This document shows positions 57,279 to 64,000 of a stretch of DNA of 64,000 bases, piece by piece. The notes under the pieces are model-generated. The model was given only the letters and a program-made list of their open reading frames with translations, was not told the origin of the DNA and searched no databases. The stretch's first letter is position 1, and each line of letters begins with the position of its first letter. The DNA is from the human T2T-CHM13v2.0 reference genome, Homo sapiens. The translations under genes and the position numbers were made by a program. The stretch lies in the NCBI RefSeq assembly GCF_009914755.1, contig NC_060927.1. One strand, written 5' to 3'.

Positions 57279-60019
57279 CTAAACTACATGCTGTGCCACC
57301 GTAGATGAAATAAGGTGTTAAATCTTCTCTCCTGTGTCTCTCGATACTCCATATGATACATCATGTGCAAAAAGTGCCATTTGTAATTTGCCTTGTGGAA
57401 ATTCATTTTATTTTTTTCTTACCTCTTGCACCTGTGAGGAAGTGAGTATGAGAGAAAGATCCAGAAAGGGGAGAGGTCATATGACCCCCTGCTCTCCACT
57501 GGCATTGACAAGTAGTAGATTGGGTTCCATAGTATGATAGTCACTTTCCTGCAATCATTCTTCAACACCTCTGGAAATTGTGAGCCTGTAAGAGAAGCAA
57601 GGAAGTGTAAGTGCTGAATACTTATCAACATCCTACCTGGTCAAGTGGTCCAGAAAGCTTGAGCATAGTGTTAAATGGACCAATGGTATGTGCTACCTTT
57701 TTTCTCTACTAAGGTAATAATGTACTCTTCTAGCTGTAACCTACCAGCCTACAGAAATGGGGTTGGTTTTGAGGTTTGGATAGATCCCTGTACTGTTATT
57801 ATCCTGAAGTAGGGGTGGGGGACGCTGAAGAGAGCTTCACAGTGCCATCTTTGTATGTAAAAATGGCACAATTATCCTCAAGTGAAGAAATAATGTAGAA
57901 AGAGCTGAAGTAGTGCTTTTTCTACCACTTTGCAGAAAATTAGTGTCAGCAGCACATTATTCAGAAATCTTTATCTTTTAATCTACTATGCTAACTCTTA
58001 TCATATCTGCCCCTGCCCTATTGCTTTAACTAGAGAGGTTTATTTTGTTCCCTTAGCTAATGACTCTATCTGGGTCAGACATCACATATGTGGCACCTGG
58101 GTGGAAGTGATGAGTTCATTTTTGTCTTTTTGTTATTGTTATTAACATCACCTCATGTGTTTGGCATTCTGTGTTGGCTGTCGAACCAGATTCCTCTTCC
58201 TTTCCTGAAAGAAAACAGGGCCTAGCATAGGAACAGCTTCTATCTTTCTTTCCTTCCCTGTATATCTCTTTCTTTCCTTCCCTGTCTATCTCTTTCTTTT
58301 TTCCTTAACTGGGGAATCAGGAAACTTCTGATGAAAAATCAGTATCATAGTGTTGAGTAAATATTGTGAGTAGACAGGCATTTCCTTGCAGTTTTGAATA
58401 GAATCATACCCCTAATAAAGACATTCTGAAGGCTTATAATTCTCACAAAGTCCAGATGTTTCTACAAACAAGGCAAACATGGAGGTAAAATGTGGAATTT
58501 TTGAAAGACGTTTAGTTCCCATGTTGTCTTAGTCAAAAACAATGAAAATTTCATTTCCAGTTAACCATCAACTACCTTCAGTAGAAGACTAACATCTTCC
58601 TTGGGCAGTTTGCTTCATGGATAGTAAATGGAGGCAGAGAGCAGTTATTCTGCAGCACACAATGCCATGAATGCTCCCACATATGTAATAATGTATATGT
58701 AAAAGCATGGATTTGTGCAGTATTGATTTCTTCCTCAACGCTTACTACTTCCTGCCTCTTTGGTGTTGCAAGGTTTTGTCTGTTGCTTTAGTATTTAAAT
58801 TGCCTCACTTAAGAAATGTGCCCATTATGTGTGGGGGAGAGGAAGGGTTCCATGAAAACGAATGCTCTGAAGTATTTGAAATTCTTCTATGAGCACCGAA
58901 GCACTGCAACTCACACTGCTGTGTTCACCAAAATCCTGGAAGCAACACGCTGTTTTGACTTGAAGAAGCAATACCAAAATTATGAAGTCATCTAACATCT
59001 TTCCAATTTTAACACAGACTCTAAATATGTGGCAATTCAGTATTTTATTTTTCGTTTATATCCCCTTTCTATACTACCACCGTTTAAACTAACAAAGTTG
59101 TTCTTTACAGTTTTAATATAGAATCCAGAGATGAGACATCCTGGATTTATTTTTTCTCCTATTTCTTTTTATAACCCTATTTAAGCAAATTAACAACATC
59201 TGGGTTGATTAATGAACAAGCCACACATACTCATAGGCTCATCTGTATGTACATATTATGAATGACGCCTCTGATCAGGAAATCAAACAAGCAAATGAGA
59301 AAACCTGTTCACTTGTTCAATGGGTCAGGTGTAACTGTCAAAGAGCATGACTTGGGGAAATATACCCTTCATCTGTGCTCTGGCTTTTCAGGCCCCACAA
59401 GCAGCCTCTAGGGCAACAAGGTCATAGATGATGTATTCTGTTAAAATAACAATGCCTTTTATTTTAAGGACACTACTTATACTGGGAAGGTGATCTTTTC
59501 CAAGATAGCAATTACCAATGTGAATCCATAAATAAGTTAAAAAATTATGTTTTTTGATCATAAGAATTGACACTTGGGTGGAAATATTCCTCTGATTAGA
59601 CTAGCTTGGTTTCTCTCGTCACTTGTCTATGTAGGAAGAATTACAATGCAGAGCTGTCCTTTTTGATTTTGCCTCTGATATTGAATGCAAATATTTTGGC
59701 TATCAGTCTTTCCTAATGCTACTTACCCCTTGAAGATGGGGAGAAAAGCTGAAGAAAGCTATTTCTGTAATCTTAATATTTCTTCCATGACACTTGTAAA
59801 TTGATTTGCCAAGAAGGGTAAAAAAAATCAATGCAGATGGCTAGTTAAGTTTATTGTGGTTCAGACTCAAACTGTTGTATGTGGATGTACACTTGGGAGC
59901 CAAGGAATAGGGATATATTGTTAGTGTAAAATATCCAGTTCCATACTAACTTATGAACTCTTTTAGGTCATTCATCTTATTCAACTTCATTCCCTGGCAC
60001 CTCACTTAGTACCTGGCAA

Positions 60020-60270
60020 TGTGTTGTAGTAGCTAAGAAAATGTGCGATCTGGACTCTGACTATCCAGGTTCAAATTTTTGCTCTTCTACTTACTAACAA
60101 TATGATCCTGGATCGTAAGTTTTCAGTGACCGTAAGTTTTCAGTGTCTTTAGCTGTAAAATGTGGGCAATACTATTATTTAACTCATAGAATTATTATAA
60201 AGATTGAAAAGGCAAAGTGTGAAGTACTCAGCCCATAGTGAGCAACCAGTATATGTTAACTATACGATAA
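60020..60270 (+). mobile_element. MIR
   Basis: ccaggttcaaatttttgctcttctacttactaac...ctgtaaaatgtgggcaatact...ctcatagaattattataaagattg. Confidence 0.8.
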
Positions 60271-60347
60271 GTATTTCTTTACTCACCAAATTTTGAAATA
60301 AACCATTACCTGAGGTGGTTGGTAATGGTGAAATTATAATGGAAGAG

Positions 60348-60660
60348 AGCTGGGCACAGTGGCTCATGCCTGTAATCCCAGCACTTTGGGAGGCCAAGCC
60401 AGGTAGATTGTTTTAGCCCAGGAGTTCAAGACCAGCTGGGGCAACATGGTGAAACAGCATATCTACAAAAAATACAAAAATTAGCCAGGCATGGTGAGAT
60501 GTGCCCATAGTCTCAACTAATAGGGAGGCTGAGGTGGGAAGATCTCTTGAACCCGGGAGGTTGAGGCTGCTGTGAGCCGTGATCGCACCACTATACTCCA
60601 GCCTGGGCATCAGAGTGAGACTCTGTCTCAGGAAAAAACAAACAAACAAACAAATAAAAC
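60348..60660 (+). mobile_element. AluJb
   Basis: tagcccaggagttcaagaccag, gtgggaagatctcttgaacccgggaggttgaggctgc; (CAAA)n tail; TSD aattata(a/g)tggaagag. Confidence 0.92.
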
Positions 60661-60731
60661 AATTATAGTGGAAGAGAATCTGAACATGAAGATGGAATTC
60701 TAACCTTGCTTAAGAAGTAAACATATACACC

Positions 60732-60778
60732 AATAATAATAATAATAATAAGAAGAAGAAGAAGAAGAAGAAGAAGAA
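60732..60778. repeat. (AAT)6(AAG)9 compound trinucleotide repeat
   Basis: Direct reading. Confidence 0.97.
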
Positions 60779-61859
60779 TCCAGAAAGACTCCAGACATAG
60801 GAAATAACATCTGACATGATTTGAAAAAGAGTAGTGAAGTGAAATAGAGGCCCACAGCTCCTCTTTTCTGGTATAAAACTTTTTATTGAAACTAACTGTG
60901 TCGTAAAACAGGGAGAGAAGTTTTGCTACCGATAATGATAATTTGATGCCTTAACTGTATTAATATAGCAAGTGTGACTCAAGGATGTCTGGAGTCTAAA
61001 TATAAAGGTCTGAGAAGAGACATGAGTGTTTCAGAGGTTTAGAGTGGTAAAGCCAATAAGTGGTTTCCGGCCTTCCCAGGCCACTCCGCATAAAGCATCC
61101 TCACTCCCTGAGGGCCTCTGACATTCCTCAGTGTTGTGAGCGGGGAAGAGAGAAATGCTTTTTGGTTGGCTCAGATTACCTTGTTCTGGTTAAATGAAAA
61201 AGTATTAACATACGTTTCTTGTCACCACAATTCCAGCTGTCCAAGTCAGTGCTTTCGGAGCAGAGATGTATGATCTTATAACTCCTGAGGTTAAAAAAGA
61301 AATGTGTTGCCGAACAAACCTCCTCATCTTTGACACCCTGTTTCCTGCCTGTTGTGTGTGACAGGAAGGTAAAAAGGTAAAGACTAAACAGTAGATACTC
61401 TTCAGTGAGTGGTTAGTCCAACATTACCTGATGGTGTTTAGTATTTGCCATTCTGAAAGATGATCAGAAAGCAAACCCCTTAAAGAGAAAAATTAACCAG
61501 TTTGTTTTGGCAGGCTATTCTGGAGCACATGCTAAAGTGACCACAGTTGTTTTTAATGCCCAGCAGACCTTCGCAACTAATCCTATTACCGCAGGACTCC
61601 CAGGACTGTCTGGTTAGCACTCCCCACAGATTTGTCCACTCCCATTTCTGACCCCACAACCAATCCCTTCCCTTGGGCCCTCTGGAACTCGGTCATACAG
61701 AAAATCTCCTTTATCCTCAAATTTTCCTGAATTTTTTGGTTTCACTGTTTTACTCAAATTCAAACTTGGATACCCCAGAAGACACTACTTCCTCTAAGCC
61801 ACCTCAAACTGGGGGAGCATAACTGCTGGTGCCAGTGGGCCTTCTTTATTGTAGTTTCA

Positions 61860-63930
61860 GATCATTCTCATTCCATCTTCTGTGCAACCCCCCTCTATGA
61901 GTCTCGTGGGTCTTTGGACTATGTGACTCACTACCTCTCCTTACTTGATTCACTGTATCCCATACTGACCTTGCCATATTCTTGGAAATTTTTGCACCGT
62001 GGCCTCTCCATTCTTTGGCTTCTTCTCCTCCATTGATTTTATTCATATTTTGCCTCAGCCACACATGCAATGGACATATCCTAGACTCTCTCATTACCAA
62101 TTACTAAAAACCCTTCATAATTCCTATCTCAGGCATCTTACTTTTGGGTCGTTTGTTCCTATTTTAGCAGCTCAACACTTTGAGCATTCTGATACCAACA
62201 CTTTCTTTAAATCTCATTATGAACTATGGCATCTATTATTTTTTCTTTGTTGCTCATTTTCCTCATGTCCCAGCATCTCTTTATACTCTGCTTAGATTTC
62301 GTGAAAAGCCATTATTTCATGAAAAACTGTTCCAAACTACCAATGTCTGTATCCTTATACCGTTGCTTATATAAACTCGCTTGTCCCTCTCTCTTCTTTC
62401 TTTAAATGACTCTGGTAAAATCCTAATTATGGTATATCCAATTGACTTTTGTTTTACCTGCATGTACACACCTGAACAGAGCTGGAGAAAAACACGCTAT
62501 CCTGCTTAACAGTCTCATTTTAACAGCATGACCACTCGCTTACCTTAAGTGGGTTCTCGGTGCTGCCACGCAACCTATTATATTTTTCTAGTCTATTTAT
62601 TCTCCCATTCCATAATGATGACTATTTTGTACATTTTCTCTCCTTTCTGCCTTTCAATATTTATTCCAGCTGTTAACTTTACTATTTCATTAAAAACAGA
62701 GAATCAATGGAAAGAGAACTTCAAAATGATCCCACTATAACACCTCCCAACCCTTCCATACTACCAACATGTATATCCTTATACTCTTCTTTCTTTCATG
62801 TTACTGTGGATGAATCATGAGGGTCCTTCGTAGCAAAGATCATCTCTTCTACTTGTGCACTGGATCACATACCTCTTCTGTATACAAAGCAGCAATTGTT
62901 GCTCTCCTGAAACATCAGTTATTTTTTTCCTTTTCAACTGAATTATTTCTACCAGCATACAGACATGCTGCAATGCTTCCCATCTTAAGAGAAAAAAAGC
63001 TCTTGGTTCCATTTCATTTTCAGTGACTGCCTAATCTCCACCCCATTTTAAAGCAAACTCAGTAAACGAGAAGTCTCTACTCACTGTTTCCACTTCCTTT
63101 CTTCCTGTTCTCTCCTAAAGCCACTTCAATCATGTTTTCATCTCCACTACTCGAGCAAAATGATTTTTGTCAACGTCATCAAAGATCTTTATGTTGCCAG
63201 ATCCAATGGACCATTCCCATTTTTCATTTTACTTTAAAATCTTGGTAACATTTGATACCCTTGATCAACTCTTCTTTCTTAAAACTTGGATTGTGAGACA
63301 GTCTTCTCTTGTGTCCCTCATTGCTTACCGGTTACCCCTTCTCAATCTCGCCAGCTTGATTTCCCTTATTTCAATTCTAGGGGATTCTGGCGCTTAGTCC
63401 TTGGATCTCTGGATATCTTTATCTTCACTCATTTCTTTAAGGAGCATATATAAATTTGCTTCTTTAAATATCACCTATATCATGATGATCCTCAAATTTG
63501 TATCACTATGGTTGACTTCTCACCTGAACTCCAGGTTATAAAAAACTAAAAACTGCATTTTCACTTTGGATGTTAAATAGGAATTCCAAAGTTAACATGT
63601 TCAAAACAAGTCATTATTTTCCCCAAACCTGCTTTACTTTCAGTCTTCACAATCACAAAGAAAAAACAACTCCATCCTTCTCACTGATTTAGCTAAAACT
63701 TTGATTGTCCCCTTTTTTCTCACCTGTCACATAGAATTTTTCAGCAAATATCAATGGCTCTACTTGACTGTTTTTCACATTTCCGTCTCTGTAATCCTGG
63801 TCCAGACCTACATAATTGCCTGCCTATGGTATGGCAATACATTTTTAACAGCTAAACCTGCTTATATCCCTGCCTCCCCACAATCTGTTCTCCACCGTGC
63901 AGCCAGAGTAAACGTTTTAAAATGTATAGA
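61860..63930 (+). mobile_element. L2 (L2a-like) ~2-kb fragment
   Basis: cctcagccacacat...catatcctagact, gctggagaaaaacac, atgttgccagatccaatgg, acttctcacctgaactccag, tctgttctccaccgtgcagccagagt are L2 ORF2/3' motifs. Confidence 0.8.
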
Positions 63931-63931
63931 T

Positions 63932-64000
63932 GGCCGGGCGCGGTGGCTCACACCTGTAATCCCAGCACTTTGGGAGGCCAAGGTGGGCAGATCATGAGGT
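63932..64000 (+). mobile_element. Alu 5' end (cut by the window edge)
   Basis: ggccgggcgcggtggctcacacctgtaatcccagcactttgggagg...gatcatgaggt. Confidence 0.95.

Overview
Primate (catarrhine, probably human or ape) AT-rich intronic or intergenic DNA; the locus could not be named from sequence alone. No cellular protein-coding exon, tRNA, rRNA or CRISPR array is supported. The only real protein homology is the decayed ORF1/ORF2 of one minus-strand LINE-1 (L1PA4/5-like, ~33371-39000). Its 5'UTR lacks exactly the intron between the L1 +97 splice donor and the +622 acceptor, so it is a spliced integrated retrotransposed element (SpIRE97/622). The rest is Alu (J/S/Y, including an Alu inside an Alu), older L1, L2 and MIR fragments, DNA transposons (MER5, MER45A, MER47A, MER63, Charlie-type, MADE1), LTRs (LTR16, THE1B, MLT1) and microsatellites. 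Structure not explained by repeats: an 81-bp near-perfect palindrome (56562-56642), a tandem duplication with a fold-back junction (24295-24598), a mosaic templated copy (10056-10135 from ~12362-12500), a second dispersed short duplication, two plus-strand non-coding exon candidates and a candidate recursive splice site. I see no evidence of a wholly new multi-gene system. Repeat subfamily calls are from recalled consensus sequences and boundaries of old repeats are approximate.
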